Below, one piece after another: positions 48,700 through 57,755 of a stretch of DNA of 64,000 bases. The notes under the pieces are model-generated. The model had not been told where the DNA came from. It saw only the letters and a list, made by a program, of their open reading frames with translations, and ran no database searches. Source of the DNA: Candidatus Bathyarchaeia archaeon (GTDB lineage Archaea > Thermoproteota > Bathyarchaeia > Bathyarchaeales > Bathycorpusculaceae); assembly GCA_050015395.1 (NCBI GenBank), contig JBEKBM010000005.1, positions 1 to 64,000 on the forward strand, written 5' to 3'. The position numbers were made by a program, and so were the translations under genes. How positions within the stretch are numbered: position 1 is the first letter of the stretch; every line of letters begins with the position of its first letter.

Positions 48700-48720
48700 G
48701 GTTCAATTCCCATCCCCAGC
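48700..48720 (+). other. tRNA 3'-end remnant (GGTTCAATTCCCATCCCCAGC), possible att-site scar
   Basis: T-loop, 3' T-stem and 7-nt acceptor strand; no 5' half or D/anticodon arm upstream. Confidence 0.45.
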
Positions 48721-48760
48721 TTTTTGATTTTATCATACAGTTTGTCAGCAAACAAGCCGA

Positions 48761-49012
48761 CTATTCGTTGCCTATTAGCTGGCGAATTTCTATGATTTTC
48801 CTGGGGTTAAGAGATACTTCCATCCCGTAGCTTGTTACCTTTGGGATAACATAGCCCTGTCGGGTTAGCTTTTTCAGCGAATTCTTGATTTCGCCTCGCT
48901 GATGTTTCGGAAAGCCTTTAGGAATATTATCAGCAGACGTATGCTTTTCACCTATAAAATTGTGCATGTACATCTTTCGGAGCACGGCTATCTCCAGAGC
49001 GGTTAGTTTCAT
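48761..49012 (-). CDS. Small basic hypothetical protein (wHTH-like)
   Basis: IG.KHT..DN..KGFP.H..G.....L..L...G......T......SLNP pattern seen in archaeal accessory proteins. Confidence 0.65.
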   Translation of the reverse strand: MKLTALEIAVLRKMYMHNFIGEKHTSADNIPKGFPKHQRGEIKNSLKKLTRQGYVIPKVTSYGMEVSLNPRKIIEIRQLIGNE

Positions 49013-49089
49013 TTCTCTTCACTAACACGTTTTGGCTTTTAGTTACTGTGCGATTTATATTTAAGGCTGACCCTATTATCGACAAAGAA

Positions 49090-49105
49090 GTCCATTAAGT
49101 TGGAC
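49090..49105. promoter_or_regulatory. Inverted repeat GTCCA-N6-TGGAC between divergent genes (candidate operator)
   Basis: Flanked by direct repeats GACAAAGAA; upstream of the wHTH gene. Confidence 0.4.
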
Positions 49106-49159
49106 AAAGAAAATTCTTAAATAAAAGACCAACTAATATATTAATTTGGAGAAATTAAC

Positions 49160-49555
49160 TTGCCAAAGAAGCTTGCACAAGAAGACCCCGGGCCTCTCGA
49201 ACGCTTATTCGGTTCATCAATGGCGCGATTAATAGATTTCTTCATTCTATACGACCGGTGGGACTACTCAAAAACCGATATTGCCGAAAATGCACAAGTA
49301 AGCATACGAACAGTAACACGCGCAATTCCCTATATAGAGGAGCATAGAATGATAAAGCGCACTCGGACGATAGGCAACGCAGAAATGTACCAAACCGACA
49401 AAGAAAGCCCTATAGTACAATATCTGAGCAAAGCTGCTATGGCAATTGCAGACATAGATGTAGATCAAGAATTGAAACGCCAAGGCTGTGTAAAAGATGA
49501 GCAACCAAAACAGCAGCAGGAAATCAAGCAAGTTCGTCAAGTAGCCTCAGCATAG
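49160..49555 (+). CDS. Winged helix-turn-helix protein
   Basis: LFGS...RLIDFF, YSKTDIAE.A.VS..T, TRTIGNA.MY. Confidence 0.78.
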   Translation: MPKKLAQEDPGPLERLFGSSMARLIDFFILYDRWDYSKTDIAENAQVSIRTVTRAIPYIEEHRMIKRTRTIGNAEMYQTDKESPIVQYLSKAAMAIADIDVDQELKRQGCVKDEQPKQQQEIKQVRQVASA

Positions 49556-49609
49556 GGCCAAAAAGGCTAACAATAGTTGGGATTCTTACTCCAATGGAGC
49601 GCGTTTTTG

Positions 49610-50269
49610 ATGAGATTGAACGAGCAGCAAAAGTTAAACTTAAATAAAATCGTTAGTTCTGTGTCGAAAATTCAGAGTGTTGTAGGCATTGTTCTCTTCG
49701 GTAGTCAAGCAAGAGGAGATTATGATGAGTTTTCCGATTATGACCTCTTAGTACTGTTTGAAAATAAACGTCTGATGTGGGAAAATTGGGATGAACTTTT
49801 CCAAGTCGTTGGAAATCTAAACATAAATTTGCATGCGATTCCAGAAACACTTGAAGAGCTTAAGAACGCTAACCCAGTCTTTTTAGATGAACTATTTAAA
49901 TATGGAAAAGTGCTTTTTGCCAAAATGCCCTTAGAAGTTTACCTCCAGCCCTTAAACTTGAAATCTTTCTCCTTAATCACGTATGACATGCGAAACGTGA
50001 ATTACGCAGACAAAATGAAGGCTTCATATTTCCTTTATTCCAAGGGAGGTGCAGGCGCCGTAGCGAAGGCTGGGGGAACCAAAATCAGCGACGGCTGTAT
50101 AATTGTTCCAAGCGATATGGCTGACGAAATAATCCTGGACTTAACTTCTCTCGGTATTCAAACTATAAAGACAGAAATTTTCATAAATCCAGACATGCCT
50201 AAGTCATGGCCAACCCCAAACAGAATTCAGGCTTCCAAGGTTCAAACTGAGAATCCTCAACATGGCTAA
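49610..50269 (+). CDS. Minimal nucleotidyltransferase (MNT) with extra C-terminal ferredoxin-like domain
   Basis: LFGSQARGDYDEFSDYDLLV; ORF open from 49577. Confidence 0.82.
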   Translation: MRLNEQQKLNLNKIVSSVSKIQSVVGIVLFGSQARGDYDEFSDYDLLVLFENKRLMWENWDELFQVVGNLNINLHAIPETLEELKNANPVFLDELFKYGKVLFAKMPLEVYLQPLNLKSFSLITYDMRNVNYADKMKASYFLYSKGGAGAVAKAGGTKISDGCIIVPSDMADEIILDLTSLGIQTIKTEIFINPDMPKSWPTPNRIQASKVQTENPQHG

Positions 50270-50456
50270 ATCGCTCGCTTTTGTCTAACCATTAAAATAA
50301 CGTAAAATTTAAGCTTTATACCAAAAAATAAGCTCGAATCAGTCTTTTCAGAAAAGCGGGGAGGTACTTTTTAGCGAGATCCAAACCCGTAAAGACGCAT
50401 TATCGGGGCTGATAGGACGTTTTGAATTCATATATTATATCGCCGCATAGTAACTA

Positions 50457-51050
50457 ATGCTGAAGGCTAGTGTTTTGGCTAAAGAATCAGAATTAACTAT
50501 CCTTACAATCGGGCACTCCACTAGGACGCTCGACGAGTTCGTTTTGTTGCTCAAAGCTTACGGTGCCATTTTGGTTGTGGATGTGCGCGCGGTTCCCAGA
50601 AGCAGGCATAACCCACAGTTCAACAAGGAAACCCTGCCAAACAGCCTCAAACCCTGCGGCATAAAATACATTCACATGCCCGACATCGGCGGCTTACGCA
50701 GACCCAAACATGACTCCATAAACCTGGCATGGCGAAACAGCACGTTTAGAGGCTACGCGGATTACATGCAAACCAAAGAATTCACGGACAACCTGCTAAA
50801 AATCATCGCGCTCGCGCGGGAAAACTGTTTAGAATTGATGTGCGCTGAAGCGCTGCCTTGGCGGTGCCACCGAAGCCTCATCTCCGATGCACTCGTGATA
50901 CGGCACGTTGAGGAACATATCGTATGCGCAACCAGCTGCATCAACCATGAGCTTAACGAGATGGCGCATGTGGAAGGAACACAAATCACATACCCATTAT
51001 TCACCAAAGAAACACCGCAAAGAAAAATAGGCGACTATTCGTCAACTTGA
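50457..51050 (+). CDS. DUF488 family protein
   Basis: TIGHSTR, DVR..P.SR..P.FN, GG.R, GYADYM, MCAE...W.CHR..I.D. Confidence 0.9.
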   Translation: MLKASVLAKESELTILTIGHSTRTLDEFVLLLKAYGAILVVDVRAVPRSRHNPQFNKETLPNSLKPCGIKYIHMPDIGGLRRPKHDSINLAWRNSTFRGYADYMQTKEFTDNLLKIIALARENCLELMCAEALPWRCHRSLISDALVIRHVEEHIVCATSCINHELNEMAHVEGTQITYPLFTKETPQRKIGDYSST

Positions 51051-51160
51051 ATGTCTCAGTTGCACAGATAATGGTTGCGGGTAAGTCTCCGCTTCATTAA
51101 CAAAGCTAAAAAGCACTTGCTAGATTACCTTATACAACAAAAAGGAAAAGGAATGGTAAG

Positions 51161-52060
51161 ATGACAGCTAATTATACTCCATCAGATTTTCGAATAAAAA
51201 GAGGTATGTTACCAGCAGATGCATTCGCGTACGGACCTGAAATCAATTATCCGCCCACTGATTTGATGGATGAAGATATATGGAATAGTATAACTAGTCT
51301 GCCTGATGATGTAAGCCTTCGAACGTCAGGTGATTACGGTTCCACTTTAAAGCTTTATTGGAAAGCTTGGGAGGACTGGATTTGTTTAGCTATAGCTTTA
51401 CAGGATATTGCCAATAAAGTATCCGACTCACCGATTGCCAATTGTGCTACCGCTGGTATAGATGAGATTCAGGGGTCCATCTACAACGTGCTCGTTGGTT
51501 TTTACCGCTTATCATTTTCTGCTTTAAGAAATATGGTTGAGCAGATTACTATAGGTCTTGCTCTTGAACTTTCAGGGAACAATAAAATTTTTGTGGACTG
51601 GCTTAAGGGCGATGAAGAACTTAAATTTGGCTGGGCTTCAGACCTCTTACTTCGAAATCAGTCGATACATAACATGGAGGAAACGCTAATGGACAGCATA
51701 GGTGATAGTCTATTCCAACAAAAGACAGCTAGTAACAATGGAGGTTTTGCCCGCCGTTTATTTAGCGAATTGAGCCAGTTCACACACGGCGGTCCAGAGT
51801 TTTCTAATGCCGATTTATGGGAAGGTAGTAATGGTCCAATTTTTGTGCCAAAGTCTTTCAAAAGGTGGTCAGTTACATTTTCTAAAGCATATACTCTCTG
51901 TGTTCTAGAGGCTAAGCTTGCTAAACCTACAATCACAGTTTTAGGTGCTGGTTCAAAGCAAACTATTGGCAATCTTTACCGTTTGTTACTTGGCAAAATT
52001 CCAGCAAAAGAAGATGGCTCTGCGGTCTTTCAAACGTTGATGGATTTAAAGATGATTTAA
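51161..52060 (+). CDS. Hypothetical protein, HEPN-like helical (DUF5677-like)
   Basis: ALRNMVE (R..xE) and LFSELSQFTH (L..LS..xH) motifs. Confidence 0.5.
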   Translation: MTANYTPSDFRIKRGMLPADAFAYGPEINYPPTDLMDEDIWNSITSLPDDVSLRTSGDYGSTLKLYWKAWEDWICLAIALQDIANKVSDSPIANCATAGIDEIQGSIYNVLVGFYRLSFSALRNMVEQITIGLALELSGNNKIFVDWLKGDEELKFGWASDLLLRNQSIHNMEETLMDSIGDSLFQQKTASNNGGFARRLFSELSQFTHGGPEFSNADLWEGSNGPIFVPKSFKRWSVTFSKAYTLCVLEAKLAKPTITVLGAGSKQTIGNLYRLLLGKIPAKEDGSAVFQTLMDLKMI

Positions 52061-52106
52061 ACTTCGATTAGTTGACCAGAAACTTGAAAGAGAATTAAAA
52101 AAAATA

Positions 52107-53453
52107 CTATTGTTTTTTTAGTTTTGCTATGAAGAAGCCGTTGCATTGGTGAAGGTGCGGGGAGAGTCTTTGGCATTTTGTTAGTTCTCGCAACCCAGGC
52201 AAGCCGATTTTAGGCTTTATTTCCGTTAAGGTGAATTCTGGGTGCCATTTTAGGAACCGCTCGATTATCATTTCGTTCTCTTCCACCGTTATGCTGCATG
52301 TAGAGTAAGTTAACGCTCCTCCAGCAGCGACTTTTTCGGCACAGCTGTTAATCATTTTCCACTGGATTGCCGCCATTTTCTCAATTGACTTTGGTCTTAG
52401 CCGCCATTTGGCTGAGGGCTGCTTAGCGAAGACACCTGTGCTTGTGCATGGCGGATCCAAAATCACCAAGTCCGCTTGCGTATTGAAAGGCAAAGTTGCG
52501 CATGCATCGGCTATTACTGGCTCAGCAATACTGGCTCCCATGCGGGTGGTTTCTTTTTTCCACACTTTCATTCTTCTATTTGAAAAATCAACCGAGCCTA
52601 TACTGCCTTCGTTGCGCATTAGCTGAGCCAAATAAGTCGTCTTTGCACCGGGCGCAGCGCAAACATCAAAAACCACGCTGCCGGGTTTGGGGTCTGCGGC
52701 TTCTGCTGCGAAGCAGCTTGCTTTATCTTGGATGTAAAATAAGCCTTCTTTGTAGCTGGGCAAAGTGTTTAACGGCTTTTTCATTTCCCCAATTTTATAG
52801 GTGAACTTTAACGGTTCAGCTTTTTCTAGTTTAACGCCTTCTGCCTCAAGTTTTTGCACAATTGCCTCTTCAGCTGCCGCCAGCGTGTTCACCCGGATGT
52901 AGGTGGGCGGCGGGTTTACGCTTCCCTCCAAAAAGGCAACTGCTTCATTACGTCCAAAAAGCCTGTAACAATACTTCACAAACCATGAAGGATGAAAGGT
53001 TTGCAGGCTAGCTTTCTCCACATCGTTTGCCGCCTTCAGGATTGGCTCCAGCTGACGCGTAAGCAAAAAGCCCAAAATCGGCTCAACTTCCCGCACGGTC
53101 TCCCAGCCCAGAATGGACCTGCCAAGGCCCGCGATGCTTTCTGCTTCTTGCAAGTTAATCTTAGCCCAATTCTTGGCAACACGCGTCTGATAAACATAAA
53201 GCCGCAGAAAAGATTGAATTCCCAAATTGTACTCGCCAATTTTCTTGGGCGCCACTACTGTGTTGACGAATTTGTCTATGAGGTTTCTGCGCCGTGTAGT
53301 CTCAACAATTAACCCGTAAGCAAAGCGAATAGCGTTGGGGTCGCTTGCGCCAAGCTGCTTGATTGTTCTTGCCAAGGCTAGGCGTTCGCTTAGTTTTTGC
53401 ATTTCCATCCAGCTTAGGGTTTCAATGGCGATTGTCCAAGCATCCTTTAACAA
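52107..53453 (-). CDS. RsmB/NOP2 family RNA m5C methyltransferase
   Basis: IRVNTL, IQD.AS, DVCAAPGAKT, LDPPCTSTG, YSTCS...EENE. Confidence 0.92.
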   Translation of the reverse strand: MLKDAWTIAIETLSWMEMQKLSERLALARTIKQLGASDPNAIRFAYGLIVETTRRRNLIDKFVNTVVAPKKIGEYNLGIQSFLRLYVYQTRVAKNWAKINLQEAESIAGLGRSILGWETVREVEPILGFLLTRQLEPILKAANDVEKASLQTFHPSWFVKYCYRLFGRNEAVAFLEGSVNPPPTYIRVNTLAAAEEAIVQKLEAEGVKLEKAEPLKFTYKIGEMKKPLNTLPSYKEGLFYIQDKASCFAAEAADPKPGSVVFDVCAAPGAKTTYLAQLMRNEGSIGSVDFSNRRMKVWKKETTRMGASIAEPVIADACATLPFNTQADLVILDPPCTSTGVFAKQPSAKWRLRPKSIEKMAAIQWKMINSCAEKVAAGGALTYSTCSITVEENEMIIERFLKWHPEFTLTEIKPKIGLPGLRELTKCQRLSPHLHQCNGFFIAKLKKQ

Positions 53454-53511
53454 TTACTTTTCACGACTAAACAAGATGCAGCGCTTCTAAATAAGAATTC
53501 AAAACGCCGCT

Positions 53512-53533
53512 GTTACTGCATATGGACAGCCAC
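53512..53533 (+). promoter_or_regulatory. Palindromic motif site C (GTTACTGCATATGGACAGCCAC), 6 nt before TTAAGA
   Basis: 16/22 identical to site A; upstream of the KGG microprotein. Confidence 0.6.
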
Positions 53534-53608
53534 ATAACTTTAAGAATTATTCATCCGTGGTAGTCCACTTGTGTTCTAAACCGATCTCCAAAAATGGAGG
53601 TGACATGT

Positions 53609-53743
53609 TTGTCAAGAAGGCGAAATGAGATAATGGAAAAAGGTAGAATGACCGTAAGTGAAGCAGGTAGAAGAGGCGGGGCGAGGGGAGGTCCAAGAGT
53701 CCGTGGACTCATAAGAGAAGGAAAAGAACATGAAAACGAGTAA
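53609..53743 (+). CDS. 44-aa KGG/Em(GsiB)-like stress microprotein (MSRRRNEIMEKGRMTVSEAGRRGGARGGPRVRGLIREGKEHENE)
   Basis: Not in track; GGAGGTGA RBS 5 nt before TTG; MTVSEAGRRGG...GG.RV..LI.EGK signature. Confidence 0.8.
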   Translation: MSRRRNEIMEKGRMTVSEAGRRGGARGGPRVRGLIREGKEHENE

Positions 53744-53821
53744 ACAAGTGCGTAACAAATCGTCTGCACAAATTAGTTTATGTTACTTTTTCCCTTTTTC
53801 TTAGTCATGGGAGATAAGTTA

Positions 53822-53989
53822 ATGAGTCAAGTGATTAAGCGCAGAAGTACCCCTGAAACCAAAGCGGGGCAATACATGTGTTCTGAGTGTGGTCAAATCT
53901 TCGATACCAAAAAAGAAGTCGATAGTCACCTCAATATGATGCATGAACCTCACCTTAGATCGGTGCATGGAAACTTGCATCAGGATTAA
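53822..53989 (+). CDS. Small C2H2 zinc-finger protein
   Basis: YMCSECGQIFDTKKEVDSHLNMMH (C-x2-C-x3-F-x8-H-x4-H); ORF open from 53780. Confidence 0.75.
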   Translation: MSQVIKRRSTPETKAGQYMCSECGQIFDTKKEVDSHLNMMHEPHLRSVHGNLHQD

Positions 53990-54086
53990 GCTTAATTTTA
54001 CGTTTTTCTGCTTATGCGCATGTCACTTTAATCTCTATATCTAAAGGTAAATTGTTAGTTTTGAGTAAGTAAAGATTTTAGTCTCT

Positions 54087-56849
54087 ATGTGCCATAAAGA
54101 GGCTAAGGTCACATTTGGGATGGCGCGAACACTCTTAGATTATTGCAGTAGCGAACAAACTAAACCTCTGCCAAAAGAAGAAGTAAAAGCGGAAGCTCCG
54201 CCCTCGCCTTCCCCAGCCAAAAACAATGAAGAAATGAAACAGGAAGAAGCGAAACAACTAAAAAAGAAAAGACCTAGCGCCTTTCCGCCAGTGGCGCCTG
54301 AAAACCTGCCCGCTTCCTATTTTGTTTCAGCGTCCTACGATGGGCGCCAAAAAAAAGCAGTTATCAAACTTTATGAGCCTGAATCAGAGCAAATCTATTT
54401 TTGGTATGATAATACTGGTCATAAACCCTACTGCTTAACCAACTTAACTTTAGATAAATTAAAAAAATTCGATCGGATAACAAACCATGAAGGTTTTTAT
54501 GGTTTTGAAAAACAAAAAAAGTTTGACCCTCTGGAAAATAAAGATGTTGATTTAATCAAGATAGTGACAAAAGACCCATTAGCCATCGGTGGAAGACCAG
54601 CAGGCACAATCAGAGACATAATTCCTGAAGATTATCAAAGCGTTTGCGGATGCAAAATACAGGATAGCGATACTAAAGTTTGGGAGTCAAAAATAAAGTA
54701 TTATCAATCATACATTTACGACCGCCAGCTTTTGCCAGGCATGATTTACGAGGTTAAAGACGGCAACCTTGTTCCTAAAGTTCTTGAGGAAGCCACAGAA
54801 AACCTAAACCAAATAAAAGCTCTCTTCAAAGACTGCACCGATGAAGAACGTGAATACATTGAAATGTGGGCAAAACTCCTTGAGTACCCAGCCCCAAAGT
54901 TCCGCAGAGCCGCCATAGACATAGAGGTATATTCACCGTTATCCACAAGAATGCCTGATGCTCGGGAAGGCGCGTGCCCTGTAATCGCAGTGTCAATTTA
55001 TAGTTCAGACGGTGAAAAAAAAGTGCTTGTTCTGAAGCGTGAAGGGGTGCGTGAAGGCAACCATCACTTGGCTGCAGACATTACAGTGGAATATTGCGAA
55101 ACCGAGGAGGAACTGCTTAGAAAAACATTCGATGTCCTGCTGGATTACCCGTTTATTTTAACTTTCAACGGCGACGACTTCGACCTCCGCTATCTAGCGC
55201 ATCGAGCCATGAACTTTGGGTTTAGCAGAAGTCAGATTCCAATAGAAATAGGCAAACGAGTCTGTCTTTTGAGGTACGGTGTCCACATCGATCTATACAA
55301 GTTCTTCTTCAACAGGTCCGTGCAAATCTATGCTTACGGCAACTGCTACCGCGATGTAACCCTCGACGACGTTGGCAACGCACTCATAGGCGTAGAAAAA
55401 ATCCACTTAGAAAAAACCTTCGGAGACTTAACATACTCTGAACTTGCAGCTTACTGCCTGCGAGACTCAGAAATTACCTACAAACTAACCAGTTTTGACA
55501 ACGATTCAGCAATGAAACTAATCCTTGTCCTAGCACGAATTGCCAGCATGCCCATGGAAGACGTAAGCCGCCAAGGCGTAAGCCGCTGGATACGCAACTT
55601 CATGCATAGAGAACATCGAAGAAAGAATATGCTGATTCCGAATGCGGAGGACATTCTTACAAAGAAAGGCAAAACTTCGTCTACAGCTACAATAAAAGGG
55701 AAAAAATACAAAGGCGCCATAGTTGTTGAACCCACGCCTGGTGTTCATTTTAACGTTTCAGTTATGGACTTTCCTAGCCTGTACCCCTCAATAATTAAAG
55801 TATGGAATCTAGGCTACCAGTCAATTGATTGCCAACATAACGAATGTAAATGCCACATGATACCGGACACGCCGCATTGGGTTTGCAGTGAGAAACGGGC
55901 GCTGGAAAGTTTACTGATTGGTTCACTGCGAGATTTACGTGTTAAATGGTATAAGCAGCGCTCAAAAGACAAAACCTTGCCACCTGAGCTTAGAAGCTGG
56001 TACAACATCACTCAGGGAGCGCTTAAAGTTATCCTGAACGCCAGCTACGGTGTCTTTGGCGCCGAAAGCTTCGATTTGTATTGTCCGCCAGTGGCGGAAG
56101 CAACGGCAGCCATCGGCAGGTACTCTATCACCCAAATACTCAAGCATGCTGAAACGGTGGGTATACAGGTTCTCTACGGCGACACGGACAGCTTATTTTT
56201 GAAAAACCCCTCTAAAGAGCAAATCGAAGAATTAGTCCGTTACACAGAACATGAATTAAACATGGGCATCGACGTCGACAAAGTTTACAGGTACGCTGTA
56301 TTTAGTTCGCGCAAAAAGAATTATCTTGGCGTCTTGGAAGACGGCACCGTGGATGTGAAGGGCTTAACAGGCAAGAAAAAACACACCCCTGTCTTTATCA
56401 AAGATGCTTTTAACAGTATGAAAGATACACTTGCAAGAGTTAAAACTCCCGCTGACTTTGAAAAAGCCAGAAAAGAAATCGCCGAAATAATCCGTGAACG
56501 CTACACACGGCTAAAACGTAGAGAATGGGTTGACATTAGTGAGCTTGCGTTTCATGTAGCTTTAGGCGATGAACTTTCAAGTTATACTAAAACTACGCCT
56601 CAACATGTGAAAGCCGCAAGAATTCTACAGAAAAGCGGCAAAGAGTTGAGAGCGGGGGACTTGATTAGTTTCGTTAAAGTTATAAGGCCACCTCATGTGA
56701 AACCAGTTGAGTTAACTTCAAGAAACGAGGTAGACGTTGACAAATACATTGCCTATTTGCATTCTACTTTCGACCAGGTTTTGGATGCTTTAGGCTTAAG
56801 TTTTGACGAAATTATCGGCTTAACAAAACTTGAAAGATTCCTTGCCTAA
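54087..56849 (+). CDS. polB1: Family B DNA polymerase, crenarchaeal PolB1 type
   Basis: GHKPYC, DIEV, FNGDDFD, DFPSLYPS, KVILNASYG, YGDTDS, KKNY; start may be ATG 54120. Confidence 0.95.
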   Translation: MCHKEAKVTFGMARTLLDYCSSEQTKPLPKEEVKAEAPPSPSPAKNNEEMKQEEAKQLKKKRPSAFPPVAPENLPASYFVSASYDGRQKKAVIKLYEPESEQIYFWYDNTGHKPYCLTNLTLDKLKKFDRITNHEGFYGFEKQKKFDPLENKDVDLIKIVTKDPLAIGGRPAGTIRDIIPEDYQSVCGCKIQDSDTKVWESKIKYYQSYIYDRQLLPGMIYEVKDGNLVPKVLEEATENLNQIKALFKDCTDEEREYIEMWAKLLEYPAPKFRRAAIDIEVYSPLSTRMPDAREGACPVIAVSIYSSDGEKKVLVLKREGVREGNHHLAADITVEYCETEEELLRKTFDVLLDYPFILTFNGDDFDLRYLAHRAMNFGFSRSQIPIEIGKRVCLLRYGVHIDLYKFFFNRSVQIYAYGNCYRDVTLDDVGNALIGVEKIHLEKTFGDLTYSELAAYCLRDSEITYKLTSFDNDSAMKLILVLARIASMPMEDVSRQGVSRWIRNFMHREHRRKNMLIPNAEDILTKKGKTSSTATIKGKKYKGAIVVEPTPGVHFNVSVMDFPSLYPSIIKVWNLGYQSIDCQHNECKCHMIPDTPHWVCSEKRALESLLIGSLRDLRVKWYKQRSKDKTLPPELRSWYNITQGALKVILNASYGVFGAESFDLYCPPVAEATAAIGRYSITQILKHAETVGIQVLYGDTDSLFLKNPSKEQIEELVRYTEHELNMGIDVDKVYRYAVFSSRKKNYLGVLEDGTVDVKGLTGKKKHTPVFIKDAFNSMKDTLARVKTPADFEKARKEIAEIIRERYTRLKRREWVDISELAFHVALGDELSSYTKTTPQHVKAARILQKSGKELRAGDLISFVKVIRPPHVKPVELTSRNEVDVDKYIAYLHSTFDQVLDALGLSFDEIIGLTKLERFLA

Positions 56850-57725
56850 TTATAATAATTGAATAAGTACACCAATTAGCGTGAAAATTCCAATTATCAA
56901 AGCTATTATTCTAACCACTTGCTTCTCAGTTAATGGCCGATGATAAGTTATCACTGTAATTAGGCTTCTTCTATGGTCAGACGAAAGCTTTTCTCCATCA
57001 AACGAAACTTTAGCTTTTTTGTGTGTAAAGAAAATCATCAACAGTATTATTGCAGAATTGAAAATGTAAGGCAGAATCGAAATCAGCAGGCTCAATTTTA
57101 AGTCTGAAATTATGGCAAATGAGGCTATAGTCAATCCTATGGCAAACGAGCCTGAGTTGCCAACGAAAATTTTGCCCCTAAAATTGAAGTAGGCAAGAAT
57201 TAGCCAGAATATCAGGGGTCCAAGCATCAGAACATAATATGAGGGTGATAGAGCCATTAATCCTATTATGACTATGGCAGGGCATATAGTTTCTAAACCG
57301 TTAAGTCCCCCTAGTTGGTTTACTGTGTTTGTAACTATCATGACGATTAATGGGATAATTATATAGAAGTATGTTAAACCGAAATCGATCGTTCCAATGA
57401 ACGGTAATGCTATAGTCGTTCTTGCATGTGTTGCGTATGCGAAGTATATGAGAGGTAACGCGGCGATTAACGGCATGAATGCTTTGTAACGCCATTTCAA
57501 ATCTATCCAGTCATCAAGCAAGCCCATGAACCCGCCGAAAAGAATGCATGCGGCTAGGATTAACGGTGCTGAAATGGGTGCGGAAACATTTGCTGGGTTC
57601 TTTATGAATCCTGAGAAATAGAGAAGAAAAAGGTAAACTGTGGCGAATAGGACGTAAAGTACGCCTAACCCGTTGGGAGTTAACGGTTGTCCAACTTTAT
57701 GCTGATCTGGAACCTTTGGAAACAC
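56850..57725 (-). CDS. aglH: UDP-GlcNAc:dolichyl-phosphate GlcNAc-1-phosphotransferase (MraY/GPT family)
   Basis: D.HK, GLLDD, NTVNQLGGLNGLE, IFVGNSGS; directly downstream of aglB. Confidence 0.8.
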   Translation of the reverse strand: MFPKVPDQHKVGQPLTPNGLGVLYVLFATVYLFLLYFSGFIKNPANVSAPISAPLILAACILFGGFMGLLDDWIDLKWRYKAFMPLIAALPLIYFAYATHARTTIALPFIGTIDFGLTYFYIIIPLIVMIVTNTVNQLGGLNGLETICPAIVIIGLMALSPSYYVLMLGPLIFWLILAYFNFRGKIFVGNSGSFAIGLTIASFAIISDLKLSLLISILPYIFNSAIILLMIFFTHKKAKVSFDGEKLSSDHRRSLITVITYHRPLTEKQVVRIIALIIGIFTLIGVLIQLL

Positions 57726-57755
57726 TCGGTCGCTTCCCAGCTCTCTTGCAATATT

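Noticed and set aside
48661-48720. Complete tRNA gene after speB
   Set aside because: Only the 3' 21 nt fit; there is no acceptor 5' strand, D-arm or anticodon arm.
53551-53769. Track ORF on the minus strand
   Set aside because: Antisense shadow of the KGG microprotein gene.
54087-56849. Intein or inactivation in PolB
   Set aside because: Length is normal for PolB1, all exonuclease and polymerase motifs are intact, and no intein termini were seen.
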